Assembly: GCA_963812155.1 (NCBI GenBank)
Contig: CAWETW010000001.1
Coordinates: 704,001-768,000 of the forward strand
Reading direction: 5' to 3'
DNA: 64,000 nucleotides
Origin: Vulcanimicrobiota bacterium
GTDB taxonomy: Bacteria; Vulcanimicrobiota; Vulcanimicrobiia; Vulcanimicrobiales; Vulcanimicrobiaceae
Of this stretch, positions 12,002 through 22,816 are shown in pieces. A model generated the notes under the pieces. The model was given only the letters and a program-made list of their open reading frames with translations. It was not told the DNA's origin and searched no databases. Within the stretch, counting starts at the first letter, position 1. The number at the start of each line of letters is the position of its first letter. Both the position numbers and the translations under genes were made by a program.

Positions 12002-12979
12002 TCATCCCTTTTGGCTCACGACGGCGCTAAACGGCTGATACAGGCCCTGCGTGAAGCTACTAACGAGCGTGCCGTCGGAGAGGCGATAGATTTGGACGGC
12101 GTTGGCGGCGTAGTCCGGAACGATTACGAGATCGGCTCGCCGCGAAAAGCCGTACGTTAAGAACGTCTGCGCGAAGGGCACTTTCCCGACAAGAGTGGAT
12201 TTATTGCCGCTCACCTGCACCTTTAGCGCCTCCGCGCCGCCGTTTCCGGAATGCCCGGTGCCCATCAGAAACGACGGATTCACCCACACGATCGCACTGG
12301 AAGCGGATTGACGCGCCGGCCCTTGGACGAGCCTAAACGTCGAATGACCCGGTGCCAGTTTGAACAAGTGGACGTAGCCTGCTCGATAGCAATCGGAATA
12401 TCCGCAGGCGATGCCGGTCGCATACAACGTGCGTTGATCGTCGTACGTTAGAAAGTATGCGCGGTAAAAGTTGGTTTTGGGACCGTAAGACTTTCCGGGC
12501 TTTTGACCGTGGGGATAGACGACGACTTCGGCATAGGAGCGAAAGTGGCCGTAGGGATGCTCGTAGGAAACTGCAAGATTGCCGGTCGCGTTATCGACGG
12601 CGCAGGCGTAAGGAAGTCCCAGTTTCGCCGTAATGGTCGCGATCGGCGCAGATCCGCCATGTGCATACTCGTAGACGTTGCCGCTCGCGTAATCGGTGAT
12701 CCAAACGTCGCCGGCGTTGTCGGTGCACATCCCTTGCGGCGAAGTGAAGCCGGTGAGGGTGCCCACTTGTACGATATCGTTGCCGTCGTTATACGTGTAG
12801 ACCGTAACGTTGGAGGCGTTGGAGACGTACAGCAGATTCGTCTGGCCGCTCGCAGCCGGCGACATCGTCGATGCGAGCGGGGCGTTGTGAGGCGGCGCCG
12901 TCTGCGCGAGCCCCGAGCAGCCGGCCAGCATTGCCAGCAGCACGCAAGCAGCGTGTGTTCGGACAAGGTGAATGCGCAT
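12002..12979 (-). CDS. Secreted lipoprotein, beta-propeller (close paralog of 38663..39697)
   Basis: Lipobox LAGC; LLYVSN, GMCTDNAGDVWITDY, PYACAVDNATGNLAVS; ATG at 12979. Confidence 0.72.
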   Translation of the reverse strand: MRIHLVRTHAACVLLAMLAGCSGLAQTAPPHNAPLASTMSPAASGQTNLLYVSNASNVTVYTYNDGNDIVQVGTLTGFTSPQGMCTDNAGDVWITDYASGNVYEYAHGGSAPIATITAKLGLPYACAVDNATGNLAVSYEHPYGHFRSYAEVVVYPHGQKPGKSYGPKTNFYRAYFLTYDDQRTLYATGIACGYSDCYRAGYVHLFKLAPGHSTFRLVQGPARQSASSAIVWVNPSFLMGTGHSGNGGAEALKVQVSGNKSTLVGKVPFAQTFLTYGFSRRADLVIVPDYAANAVQIYRLSDGTLVSSFTQGLYQPFSAVVSQKG

Positions 12980-13061
12980 GAGTGGGCCTTCCTTACGTAA
13001 CGACCGTTTTCGTTTCCGCACGTCTCAGGGTCAGCCTGCATGCTTCGTCGAAGGAAAGATC

Positions 13062-14042
13062 ATGCTTAGGATTTCTGCCATTGGCCGTGCCGGTCTTATA
13101 GCGAGCGCCTTAGCCTTATCCGCATGCGCCGGCGACCGCCAGGCCGGACTGCCGGCCGGTTCGTTTAATCAACGCAATGAGCCGGCGCGAACCGGCTCTT
13201 GGATGGATCCCGCAGCGCTACACGGCATCCTCATTTACGTGGGCTTCTTCGGAACGGTTGACGTGTACAGTTATCCGAAAGGAACGTTAGTCGGGCAGCT
13301 CACGCTCAACGATGCGCGGGCGATGTGCTCGGACAAGTCGGGCAACGTCTGGATCGGCAACGAACAACGCAACGGTTCGCAGATGGTCGAGTACGCGCGC
13401 GGTGCGACGCAGCCCACCGCACAACTGTTTTCATATGCGCCGCAGGGATGCGCCATCGACCCGAAGAGCGGCGACCTCGCCGTGGTCGGTTATGGAGACG
13501 GCACCGGTAAGCAAAATCTTGAGATCTACCATCAAGCGCAGGGTTTGCCCCACACGTACTCGTCGCACGTTCTCAAGACGTGGTACTTCTGCGCCTACGA
13601 TTCGAAGGGCGATCTCATTATCCAAGGAGACGTGCCGACGGGTTACGGCGACGCCGGGTACGCGGAGCTGCTGCGTGGGCATCAGCAATTTACGCCCGTC
13701 AATATCACGACCAGATACGGCAGCGGCGGCGTCCAGTGGGACGGCAAGTATTTCGTGATGGCCTACGAAAACGATTATCAGCTATGGCGCTATTCGATCG
13801 ACAACGGCAACGCGACGTTCATCGATAATATTAACCTCCCCATAAAACAGCCGTACTGGTTCCGTAGCTTTTGGCTGTCGGGGAAAACGATCTACGCGAG
13901 TTCGATTGAGGAGGAAGGCTCGAGTGGCCCGACGATTGCCGGTTATCCATATCCTGCCGGCTTCCCGGCAGAAAATCCCTTCGTCGTCGGCGTATATCCT
14001 TACGCGATGACCGTCAGCGTTCCACCGAAGAGGTCCATATGA
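13062..14042 (+). CDS. Secreted lipoprotein, beta-propeller
   Basis: Lipobox LSAC; SWMDP, MCSDKSGNVWI, GCAIDPKSGDLAV, GGVQWDG; RBS-like aaggaa upstream. Confidence 0.72.
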   Translation: MLRISAIGRAGLIASALALSACAGDRQAGLPAGSFNQRNEPARTGSWMDPAALHGILIYVGFFGTVDVYSYPKGTLVGQLTLNDARAMCSDKSGNVWIGNEQRNGSQMVEYARGATQPTAQLFSYAPQGCAIDPKSGDLAVVGYGDGTGKQNLEIYHQAQGLPHTYSSHVLKTWYFCAYDSKGDLIIQGDVPTGYGDAGYAELLRGHQQFTPVNITTRYGSGGVQWDGKYFVMAYENDYQLWRYSIDNGNATFIDNINLPIKQPYWFRSFWLSGKTIYASSIEEEGSSGPTIAGYPYPAGFPAENPFVVGVYPYAMTVSVPPKRSI

Positions 14043-15481
14043 AGCGCAGCTTTGGCTTCCTGTCGGCAATTTCGGCTGCATTTATCCTGGGCGCCTGCAG
14101 CTCCACTATCACGACCAATGTGCCCGCGCCCGGGCCGACACATTCTTCCGTGCCGGGAACGCCGATTCAGCACGTCATTATCGTCTTTCAAGAGAACCGC
14201 AGCTTCAACAATCTCTTTATGAAGTTTCCAGGCGCGGACACGAGCACGATTGGACGGTGCGTGCCGTATACGCCGCCGGGCTTCAAAGAGATTTGTAACG
14301 ACCCCGATCCTCAGAAACACGTCGTGCGGATGCACCCCATCACGTTGGAGACGTGCGGCTGCCTCGGGGGAACCGATATCTCGCATACCCACGCGTCGCT
14401 CGAACTGGAATACAACGGCGGCAAGATGGATGGGTTCGACAGAATCTCACTCGGCACGAGTGGTTCGCTCGGCCCTGCGAAATTCTATCCGTACGCGTAC
14501 GTCGAACGTTCCGAGGTTCAACCGTATTGGGATATGGCGAGCCAATACGGCCTCGCGGATCACATGTTCTCCACGGCCACGACCGACAGTTTCGTCGCAC
14601 ATCAGGAGATCATCGCGGGCACGAACGAGTTAAACGATCATATGGCGCTCACCGACGTTCCATCGGGTATTCCGTGGGGCTGCGACGCGCCGAGCGGTAC
14701 GGTTACCGGCGTCATCTACTCGAATGGTCGCGTAGACGATTTCGGCGGACCGTTTCCGTGTTTGACCGAGTATGGAACGATGGCCGACGTGCTCGATGCT
14801 GCCGGCGTATCCTGGAAGTACTACGTGGAATCATACGATCTCAATTCGCCGTACGTCGATTTCGGCGGGCGCGTGTGGAATGCGTTCGACGTCATCAAGC
14901 GCGTTCGGTACGGATCGGACTGGAAGAACGTCACCATCCCGAACACCAAAGTCTTCGCGGATATCAAAAGCGGCCGGCTGCCGCAAGTGTCGTGGGTGAT
15001 TCCCAGCCTGGCCACATCCGATCACCCCGCCAGCGGATACAAACTCGGGCCTTCGTGGGTAACGTCCGTCGTCAACGCCGTCGGCAAGAGCCAATATTGG
15101 AAAAATACGGCGATCCTCGTCATGTGGGACGACTGGGGCGGTTTTTACGATAACGTTCCTCCGCCTCAGCTAGATTACACCAGCCTCGGAATGCGCGTAC
15201 CGCTGATCGTAGTGTCGCCCTACGCAAAGCACCATTTCGTCTCAAAGACGCAGTACGAGTTCGGAAGCGTACTGAGGTTTATCGAACAAACCTTTGGGAC
15301 GAAATCGTTGGGATCCACCGACGTGCGAGCCAATTCAATCGTCGATATGTTCGACTTCGGCCAGTCGCCATCCACGTTTAAACCGTTCCACGCTCAGTAC
15401 GGGCAGCGATACCTCATGGACCACCAACACTTTGAAGCAAGCGACAAACTCATCGAGCGCAACGGGGGCCCACCCGACTAA
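14039..15481 (+). CDS. Phosphoesterase / phospholipase C (AcpA-like) family lipoprotein
   Basis: IQHVIIVFQENRSFNN, LPQVSWV, WDDWGGFYDNV.PP, GMRVPLIVVSPY; lipobox LGAC. Confidence 0.88.
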   Translation: MKRSFGFLSAISAAFILGACSSTITTNVPAPGPTHSSVPGTPIQHVIIVFQENRSFNNLFMKFPGADTSTIGRCVPYTPPGFKEICNDPDPQKHVVRMHPITLETCGCLGGTDISHTHASLELEYNGGKMDGFDRISLGTSGSLGPAKFYPYAYVERSEVQPYWDMASQYGLADHMFSTATTDSFVAHQEIIAGTNELNDHMALTDVPSGIPWGCDAPSGTVTGVIYSNGRVDDFGGPFPCLTEYGTMADVLDAAGVSWKYYVESYDLNSPYVDFGGRVWNAFDVIKRVRYGSDWKNVTIPNTKVFADIKSGRLPQVSWVIPSLATSDHPASGYKLGPSWVTSVVNAVGKSQYWKNTAILVMWDDWGGFYDNVPPPQLDYTSLGMRVPLIVVSPYAKHHFVSKTQYEFGSVLRFIEQTFGTKSLGSTDVRANSIVDMFDFGQSPSTFKPFHAQYGQRYLMDHQHFEASDKLIERNGGPPD

Positions 15482-15494
15482 GCGGCGCCCCTTC

Positions 15495-15570
15495 GTCCTT
15501 CGACTGCGCTTCGCTCCGCTCAGGATGACACGGTAAGATGCGCCTGCGGGCGCTTCGCTCAGGATGACAC
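15495..15570. repeat. REP-like palindromic element, two units
   Basis: gtccttcgac...gctcaggatgacac; 15540-15570 is identical to 25817-25847. Confidence 0.8.
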
Positions 15571-15630
15571 AGATTGGGGCGCGCCTGCCTCGACGGTGAC
15601 ACCAAAGTGATGCCGCGCGTAGCGCGGCAC

Positions 15631-16782
15631 CTATTGTTTGAGTTCGTGGAGTGTGTTGGTGTCGGTGTCGGTGTAGAATAGCGCCGTGTCGCTGTCGGTG
15701 GTTCCGGTTGCGAGCAGGCCGAAGACGTGGGCCGTCATGCTCGCGTCGAGCGTTTTGGTCGCAAGCACTTTTCCGCCGGGCGTCATCTCCACAAGTTTGT
15801 TTCCGCCTTTGGTATTCGCAACGATCAGGTTGCCGTTGGGCAGCAGCGCCGAAGCGACCGGCGCGTTTAGCGGCGAGCCGCTATGGACGAGCTTCGCACA
15901 GGTGGAGGTCGGATGCTTGCAATTGAACGTTTTCCCTCCCGGCTGCACGACGATCTCGTCCTTATCGAGGAGATTGCTGGCGTTCGAAACCGAGACGACC
16001 GTGTTATTGGTTCCGTCAACGATGTAGAGGGTGTCGTTGCAGAGGCTGCCGGTCTTATGGCTGTTATACTGGATTCCGGACGGACCTAAAACGCTCCAAC
16101 CCGAGCCGTGGTTCACGGCGAAACCCTTGATCACTTCGGTGAACGTCGTTTGGCCGGTCACGGCGGTAAACGCGACTTTGATAAGCGTTCCGGTCTTGGA
16201 ATCGGAGACGTAGATGTCCTCGGGCGCGTACGGCTCTCCGCAGTACGCGTCGCCGTCAGCGAACGGCGCGCTGATGTCCGTGCTAAAACTCTTCTCGAAC
16301 GTGCCGCCCTGATCGTACTTCGCAAGGAGCTTGCTGAGCATTCCCGTCGCGTAGACTTGGTTTTGCTCGGTGATCGCATCGCCGTCGCAGCCCTGGATCT
16401 TCGTGTCTTGCGTAAAGGTCGCCGGCTTTGAGTGCGGCTTCGGATTGAGGATTTCGATCGTGGAACCTTTTCCGGCGGCGCCGGTGGAGTCTTCGAAGTT
16501 GCACAAGAGCAGTTGGCCCGCCTTGAGCACGAACGTGGATCTTACGAGCGTAATTGCGCGCGGCCCCTTATCGCCGTTATGTGCATCAACCGTCGAACCG
16601 ATGACGACGTCCGTCGTCAGTTTCTTTAAAATCGACGAGAGATCGTCCGGAGCGACGGAACGTGCGTACGGCGCAGAGGCGGGCGACGAACCGGTTGGAA
16701 CGGTCGTGTTGCCTCCACACGCCGAGGTCGCAAGCAGTATTCCCGCGACGAGCACGAGCATGCGATTGTTGAAAGACGGCAT
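15631..16782 (-). CDS. Secreted lipoprotein, putative beta-propeller
   Basis: ATG at 16782 with RBS aggag; lipobox-like TSAC; blades such as APVASALLPNGNLIVAN. Confidence 0.65.
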   Translation of the reverse strand: MPSFNNRMLVLVAGILLATSACGGNTTVPTGSSPASAPYARSVAPDDLSSILKKLTTDVVIGSTVDAHNGDKGPRAITLVRSTFVLKAGQLLLCNFEDSTGAAGKGSTIEILNPKPHSKPATFTQDTKIQGCDGDAITEQNQVYATGMLSKLLAKYDQGGTFEKSFSTDISAPFADGDAYCGEPYAPEDIYVSDSKTGTLIKVAFTAVTGQTTFTEVIKGFAVNHGSGWSVLGPSGIQYNSHKTGSLCNDTLYIVDGTNNTVVSVSNASNLLDKDEIVVQPGGKTFNCKHPTSTCAKLVHSGSPLNAPVASALLPNGNLIVANTKGGNKLVEMTPGGKVLATKTLDASMTAHVFGLLATGTTDSDTALFYTDTDTNTLHELKQ

Positions 16783-17001
16783 TCTAAACCTCACTCCTGA
16801 CACAGCGATGACGAACCTTCCGGTTCGAAGCGCCTCTTCCGTCGCCTGCAAGAGCAAGCGGACGTCGCGCCGTCCGGGGTGTGCAAGGTCGGCGGCACCA
16901 GCTCGATTAAGAAGCGGCCTTGCGGGCACTTCGACTCGCCGAGCCGGGCGGTCTCGGTCGAGATCTCATCTGCGATCGTTCACTCGGGGGAGACTAATTT
17001 C

Positions 17002-18027
17002 ATGAATCCGACTGGTTTGGCAAAATACGCCGGTGCGCTCGTTGCACTCGCGATGTGCTCGGCGTGTGCCGGCGGCTCGGCGGTCGCGCCGTCGAGCAGT
17101 GCGCCAAACGTCCAATACATCGGCCGAACGGCCTCGGTGAACGGCCGGTTGGTCACGGCGGCGCGTCCGAATCCGCACGGCGCCCACTACCACACGATCG
17201 TTTCCGACCTGAACCCGAATACGAAATCCAAGTACTTCGAGTACATCATCAACTTTTACGGCAGCTACGCCGGCATCTTCCACTATCCAATCAAAGAGAG
17301 CGAGACGGGCGAGATCAACGACGTCGGCGGCCAAGGGTGCACGAACGTCCTCCACGGCTACGGGCGCAGAACGTTTTGGATCATGGCAGCCTTCGACAAC
17401 ATGACCGAGTACGTGGTCCCGCATAAGCCGATCAAGACGCTCCCGGCCGTTACCGACGGCAGCATGCCCTCGAGCTGCGCCATGAATAACGACGGCGACC
17501 TCGCGGTCGGAATCTTGGATGGGACGTCCGAGGGCGACGTGCTCATCTTTAAGCACGCGACCGGCTCGGGTACGTTCGTCAAATCGCAGCTGCAACGTGA
17601 GTACTTCGACGGCTACGACAACCTAGGCAATCTTTTCTTCGACGGCTTCACCAGCCAAGGTGACTTTGCGCTGATCGAGCTCCCGAAGGGCAGCAATCAG
17701 ACGCAAGTGATCAAAACCAGCAACACCGTGCAGTTCCCCGGCTCGGTGCAGTGGGACGGCACGTATCTGACCGTTTTCGACCAGATCGCGAACCAGATGT
17801 ATCAATACACGGTCAACGGGACGACCGCGACGCTGCAGCACACCATTTCGTTCGTCGGCGCCAGCGACTGCGCGCAGACCTGGATCGCGAACGGCGTCGT
17901 CTATTGCGGCGACGCGTTCAACAACAACGGTGAGGTTTTTAGCTACCCTGCGGGCGGCTCACCGATTGCCATCTTCACGGGCAATTTCGACGAACCGCTG
18001 GGCACCGTCGCAGCGAAAAGTTTATAG
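17002..18027 (+). CDS. Secreted lipoprotein, beta-propeller
   Basis: ATG 17002 with RBS ggag; CSAC lipobox-like; SSCAMNNDGDLAV, FPGSVQWDG. Confidence 0.7.
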   Translation: MNPTGLAKYAGALVALAMCSACAGGSAVAPSSSAPNVQYIGRTASVNGRLVTAARPNPHGAHYHTIVSDLNPNTKSKYFEYIINFYGSYAGIFHYPIKESETGEINDVGGQGCTNVLHGYGRRTFWIMAAFDNMTEYVVPHKPIKTLPAVTDGSMPSSCAMNNDGDLAVGILDGTSEGDVLIFKHATGSGTFVKSQLQREYFDGYDNLGNLFFDGFTSQGDFALIELPKGSNQTQVIKTSNTVQFPGSVQWDGTYLTVFDQIANQMYQYTVNGTTATLQHTISFVGASDCAQTWIANGVVYCGDAFNNNGEVFSYPAGGSPIAIFTGNFDEPLGTVAAKSL

Positions 18028-18091
18028 TACGATTCTGCTTTTTAACAGGTCTACCGGAACACCAGATTATTCTTCATCAAAGGAGCTATTC

Positions 18092-19354
18092 GTGGACCGA
18101 CTGTTGAAACTCGCCGCGTCGCTGCTTGCGACGCTTGCCATCGCCGCTTGTAGCGCGGGCGGCGCCACAGACGTACCGGCATCGGCCGGCGCGTCCCAAA
18201 CCGGGTCAGTCACGTTTAAACACATTCCGCAGTGGGCAGCGAAGCACGAGGCTCGCACCGCGTGTCCGCAAGTCGTCGGGAGGCCGACGTGCCTGGCGCT
18301 TCAGGTTTTGAAGGGCGGAATCGTCCCGGCTTGCTCGCCGACGACCTGCGGCTTTACGGCCCAGCAACTCGAAAGCGCGTATGGCCTTACAAAGAAGCTG
18401 AACAACGGATCGACGACGACCGTCGCCGTCATCGAAGTCGGCGACCTCGCCAATGCTTCGTCAGATCTCGCCGCATATCGTTCGCAGTTCGGCCTGGGCA
18501 CGGCCAAACTCGTGAAGTACAACGAAAGCGGACAACAGAGCAACTATCCACCCAGCTGTGAAAACTACGGTTGGTGCCTTGAGACCGATCTCGATCTCGA
18601 CATGGTGTCGGCCTCGTGCCCGAAGTGCAACATCATTCTCATGGAGGCCGGCGGCCACTTCTTCACCGATCTCGCAACGGCCGAAGCAGAGGCGGTCACG
18701 CTGGGCGCGACGATCCTCAGCAACAGCTGGATCTGCTACGGCAGTTCGAACTGCGGCATCACGAACTTCACCAGCTACTTCGACACGCCGGGTATTGCGT
18801 ATCTCGCCGGATCCGGCGACGCCGGCTACGACAACATCGGCGCGCCCTCGGCACTCGACAGCGTAATCTCGGTCGGGGGGACGCAACTAGCAGTAAACGG
18901 TTCCGGATTTACCGAGAGTATCTGGAACGACGCCGGCGCGGGATGCGCCGACGCGACACAGGTCGGCACGGCAGTTCCGAAGCCATCGTGGCAACACGAT
19001 CCCGGTTGCGCCAGCCGCACCGACTCCGACATATCGGGCCAGGCGGGCTGTAATCCCGGAGTATCGGTGTATATCGGCCTTTACGGCGGTTGGACCGGCG
19101 TTTGCGGCACGAGCGTCTCGACACCGCTCCTTGCCGGCGTCGTTGCGCTCGAGGGCAACGCTGCGAGTCAAAATGGCGGCGAGTTTGTCTGGGACATTAC
19201 GGGACGGCAGCGACCACACCGCCTGCACGACATAACGAGCGGCGCCGACGGCAGCTGCGGCGGAAGTTATCTCTGCACCGCCGGTACGCATCAATACAAG
19301 ACCTATTCCGGTCCAGGCGGCTGGGGCTCACCCAAAAACATTCGAGCACTCTAG
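18092..19354 (+). CDS. S53 (sedolisin-like) / subtilase peptidase lipoprotein
   Basis: ETDLD (ExxLD), SNSW, SGDAG, SVGGT, catalytic GTSVSTP; lipobox IAAC; GTG start after aaggag. Confidence 0.83.
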   Translation: MDRLLKLAASLLATLAIAACSAGGATDVPASAGASQTGSVTFKHIPQWAAKHEARTACPQVVGRPTCLALQVLKGGIVPACSPTTCGFTAQQLESAYGLTKKLNNGSTTTVAVIEVGDLANASSDLAAYRSQFGLGTAKLVKYNESGQQSNYPPSCENYGWCLETDLDLDMVSASCPKCNIILMEAGGHFFTDLATAEAEAVTLGATILSNSWICYGSSNCGITNFTSYFDTPGIAYLAGSGDAGYDNIGAPSALDSVISVGGTQLAVNGSGFTESIWNDAGAGCADATQVGTAVPKPSWQHDPGCASRTDSDISGQAGCNPGVSVYIGLYGGWTGVCGTSVSTPLLAGVVALEGNAASQNGGEFVWDITGRQRPHRLHDITSGADGSCGGSYLCTAGTHQYKTYSGPGGWGSPKNIRAL

Positions 19355-19380
19355 CCCGCACACTCGTCCAAGAGACACGG

Positions 19381-19404
19381 GGGCGGGCGCGAGAGCGTCC
19401 GCCC
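19381..19404. terminator. GC-rich hairpin between convergent genes
   Basis: gggcgggcgc-gaga-gcgtccgccc. Confidence 0.5.
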
Positions 19405-19411
19405 TTCCTCG

Positions 19412-19732
19412 TCATCTGCGGGTTTTGCTCTTGTTTGCGGGTTTGGTTTTCTTGGCTCGCTCGGCCAGGGCTCCGACCACGTCGGCGGTCTCCGCTATGA
19501 GGGTGCCGGCCGCTGCTACGGTCACGCCGACCTCGTGGGCGCGGCTCGCTGTTTTCTGAACCTTGCCGGCAACCTTTCGGACCGTTTTCCGCGGATGAGC
19601 AGCCGCGGTTTTGGCGGTCTTGGTCGCGCTTGAAATAACTTTGCCGGTCGCCTTTTTTGCTTTTGCGACAGCGCCTGTGCCGGCGCGCTTTTTCCGGGCG
19701 GGGGTTTTCTTTGCGGTCTTTTTTCCAGGCAT
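19412..19732 (-). CDS. Small Lys/Ala-rich basic protein
   Basis: MPGKKTAKKTPARKKR...AKAKKATGK; RBS ggag upstream. Confidence 0.6.
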   Translation of the reverse strand: MPGKKTAKKTPARKKRAGTGAVAKAKKATGKVISSATKTAKTAAAHPRKTVRKVAGKVQKTASRAHEVGVTVAAAGTLIAETADVVGALAERAKKTKPANKSKTRR

Positions 19733-19853
19733 ATGTAGCTCCCTAAACAGTTGCTGCCCAAGATTCCCAACATGCATCGAGACTAAACGCCTGGTCGTAG
19801 CGATTGACCCTTCTCGGACGGGGGGAAAGGGGTGTCACCGGAGGGCGAAAAGC

Positions 19854-20723
19854 ATGGAGCGACGAGCGCTCGGGAACATTATCCCGCTCGTCAAGGAAAG
19901 TTTCTCAGAGTATCAGCGGCATAAGGCGCAGTGGCTGGCGGCTGCGATTTCGTATTTCACGCTCTTCGCTATTGCGCCGCTGATTATCGTGATCGTCGAA
20001 ATCGCCGGCTTCTTTCTAGGCCACCATCAGGTGGTGCTCAATCAACTGTATGGCTACATGTCGTCGACTGCGGGCCCGATGGCGGCACGCGGCATCCAAG
20101 CGATCGTCACGACGACGTTCTCTCACCGAAACGCAAGTCTGTTATCGCAACTCGTGGGGTGGACCATTTTTGTCGTGGCAGCAATTGGGCTGTTTTCTTC
20201 GTTGCAAGACGCGCTCAACACCGTGTGGGACGTCGATTCGAAGAAGAGAACGTTGCTCGAGAACATCAAAGACCGCTTGCTTTCCTTCGGAATGGTTCTT
20301 GCCATTGCGTTCCTGCTGCTGGTTTCGCTGGGCTTGAACTCGATGCTCACCGTGGCAAGCGCGGCGCTTGCCAACGTTCTGCCGGCCCTTCCATCCTTAC
20401 TAAAGGCCGGCGATTTCATCGTCTCGCTCGCGCTCGTTACGGTGCTGTTCGCGGTGATGTACGAGGTGTTGCCGCAATGCCGCATTTCTTGGCGAGACGT
20501 TTGGGTGGGTGCATTCGTTTCGGCGCTGCTCTTCGTGATAGGCCAGTTTTTGTTAGGGTGGTATCTCGGCCGCGCCGGCATTTCGTCGGGCTACGGCAGC
20601 TTCGGCGGCATCATCGTCTTCTTGATTTGGGTGAACTATTCGGCACAGATCATGCTGTTCGGCGCCGAGTTAACGCACGTTTATGCGCAACGGTTTGGCT
20701 CCCTACGGCAGACGCAGGCCTAG
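19854..20723 (+). CDS. YihY / virulence factor BrkB family membrane protein
   Basis: LAAAISYFTLFAIAPL, LQDALNTVW, YGSFGG..VFLIWVNYSAQIMLFGAE. Confidence 0.9.
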   Translation: MERRALGNIIPLVKESFSEYQRHKAQWLAAAISYFTLFAIAPLIIVIVEIAGFFLGHHQVVLNQLYGYMSSTAGPMAARGIQAIVTTTFSHRNASLLSQLVGWTIFVVAAIGLFSSLQDALNTVWDVDSKKRTLLENIKDRLLSFGMVLAIAFLLLVSLGLNSMLTVASAALANVLPALPSLLKAGDFIVSLALVTVLFAVMYEVLPQCRISWRDVWVGAFVSALLFVIGQFLLGWYLGRAGISSGYGSFGGIIVFLIWVNYSAQIMLFGAELTHVYAQRFGSLRQTQA

Positions 20724-20749
20724 TTTCGACGTCGGCCTCCGCGATTGCA

Positions 20750-21991
20750 CTACAGGAGCTTTCGGGACAGGATTTCCAGCACGAGCGGCCAGGTAAAACG
20801 CTCGGCCGTAGCAGCACCTGCGGCGCGGATGGCGTGCGGCAGCGCCGAATCGGCGATGAGCGCGTTGAGGTAAGCGGCGAGTTCGGCGGGATCCCCGGTG
20901 TCGCACACGACGGCATTTTCGAACGGTTGTGCGTAGTCTTCGCCGGTTGAGCCCGTAACCGCGACGCCGGATGCCGCCATCACTTCGAGCCCAACAAGCC
21001 CGAACGGCTCCTTGCCGCTGTTGGCAAGCACCGCGTCGGCGACGTGATAGAGCGCGAACAGCACCTCTTCCGGCACGAACGTGCGTAAGTTGACGATCGC
21101 GGATTGCGCCTGCTTCAACGCCTCGGCAAACGCCTCGGGCTCGCGCGATGAAAGCGCGACGTCTTCGACGTCTAAGCCCAGCTGACGCGCGCGGGCAAAA
21201 ATGGCATCGCCGTAGGGTTCGCGACCGCCGCGAACGACGAGCGTCGCTTGCGGGTGCTGCGCCCGAACCTGCGCAAACGCTTCGATTGCCTGCATCCAGC
21301 GCTTGTCCTCGTCGTACCGTCCGATCTTGACGTACAGCGGCCGGCGCACGATCGCCTCGCTGAGTAACGTGACGAGTTCGTCGGGTGGGCCACCGATGAT
21401 ACGCTCGGGAATTCCGTTGGGGATGACGAGCGATTCGACGCCGCGCGCGCGTAACTCGAACTTCATGTACCGGCTGACCGTCGTGATGCGGGCGGCATCG
21501 GTGAGCGCGCGCCAGTCGATCGATTCGAAGCCGTACGTGTTGTTCGCGTTCCACATGATGCCGGCGTGCGTGCGCGTACCGCGCGCGAGAAGTTGCCGGT
21601 GGAGTTCGATCGCGGCCGGTGCCGTTTGCCAATCTTCGGCGATCACGAGCACGCGTTCGCCGCGCGCGACCGCCGGCGCGACGATCGAATCGGCCACGAA
21701 CGATGGGACGCTTGCCGTGAAGTCTTGGCTCTTCCCCCACTCGCCGTCATAGACGCCGCCCGGGTGGTATGCCGAAATCCACTGACACCAGCGCCGGTAT
21801 TCGAGGTTATCCGACGGTCGCTCGACCGTGTCGCGAGCCGGATCGCCCACGAAGACGAGCGTCGTGCGGATACCGGCGGCTGCGAGCGCAGCGGCCAGCT
21901 CGGTGACGCGCGTGCCGAGACCGCCGACCATCGAATAGGGATCCGGCCCTTCGAAGGCGAGCAGCACCGCGTTAGCCGGTAAGCCGATCAT
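20750..21991 (-). CDS. Glycosyltransferase family 4
   Basis: GGLGT, EDWQT, VIPNGI, EPFGLVGLEVMA GT-B motifs. Confidence 0.85.
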   Translation of the reverse strand: MIGLPANAVLLAFEGPDPYSMVGGLGTRVTELAAALAAAGIRTTLVFVGDPARDTVERPSDNLEYRRWCQWISAYHPGGVYDGEWGKSQDFTASVPSFVADSIVAPAVARGERVLVIAEDWQTAPAAIELHRQLLARGTRTHAGIMWNANNTYGFESIDWRALTDAARITTVSRYMKFELRARGVESLVIPNGIPERIIGGPPDELVTLLSEAIVRRPLYVKIGRYDEDKRWMQAIEAFAQVRAQHPQATLVVRGGREPYGDAIFARARQLGLDVEDVALSSREPEAFAEALKQAQSAIVNLRTFVPEEVLFALYHVADAVLANSGKEPFGLVGLEVMAASGVAVTGSTGEDYAQPFENAVVCDTGDPAELAAYLNALIADSALPHAIRAAGAATAERFTWPLVLEILSRKLL

Positions 21992-22063
21992 ACGAGCGCT
22001 TTCTTATGCCGCGAGGTGAATTCCCACGAAGTGTGGGTACAGTACGGGCAGAGCATCTCGCTG

Positions 22064-22684
22064 ATGAATCTTCTAGCCGGCGTCGTGGCCCTAGCCTCCA
22101 CGAGCAGCCTAGTCGCATCGCTCGTTTCGGGAGCACCAATCGGTGGGCCCGCGGATGGTGACGGCGTGCTTGCGGCGATTTCCACGCGCAACGTCGGTCT
22201 CGAAAGTTTCACGTTTCACGCCAACGTCGCGATGGCGATGCGCCACTTTCCGTGGCTGCACTTTCACGTGCAGGGCACCGGCGATTATCGCCGCGGCGAC
22301 CACTACTTCTTGCGCCTGTCGAATCTGCCGTTCTCATCAGGCACGCACCAAATCGACTTGTCGATGATCGACACGAGCATGTGGGCGGACCGGTATCGTT
22401 ACCGAAATATCGGTGCAAACGACGGCGACGCACTGTTCGCGCTCCAATCTTTGCACGATTCATCGCTCAAATCAGCGACGGTGGCCGTGAGCCCGTCCTC
22501 CGGCGCGCATTGGGTCGATGCATCCTATGCTGACGGTACGCACATCCACATGACGGTGGGCTCTGGCGACGTTCGAGGCTTTCTGCTTCCGTCGACGCTC
22601 GACGCCGACGTCGACCGTCCGCACATGCCGCTCTCCGCCGCCGCGACGTTCAGCGACTACGTCATTTCGTCGACCACGCCGTAG
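22064..22684 (+). CDS. Hypothetical secreted protein
   Basis: Signal-peptide-like N-terminus and open ORF in an intergenic gap; no family recognised with confidence. Confidence 0.55.
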   Translation: MNLLAGVVALASTSSLVASLVSGAPIGGPADGDGVLAAISTRNVGLESFTFHANVAMAMRHFPWLHFHVQGTGDYRRGDHYFLRLSNLPFSSGTHQIDLSMIDTSMWADRYRYRNIGANDGDALFALQSLHDSSLKSATVAVSPSSGAHWVDASYADGTHIHMTVGSGDVRGFLLPSTLDADVDRPHMPLSAAATFSDYVISSTTP

Positions 22685-22816
22685 GGCTTACATTCGCGTC
22701 GATCCGCGGACTTTCTTGAACGGCGTGCATGATGTAGTTCAGCGACGAAGCGCAGGATATAGTGCAGCAGAAACAAAGCACCACGTCTTCCTACAAGCCC
22801 GTTGACAGGAGACTTC

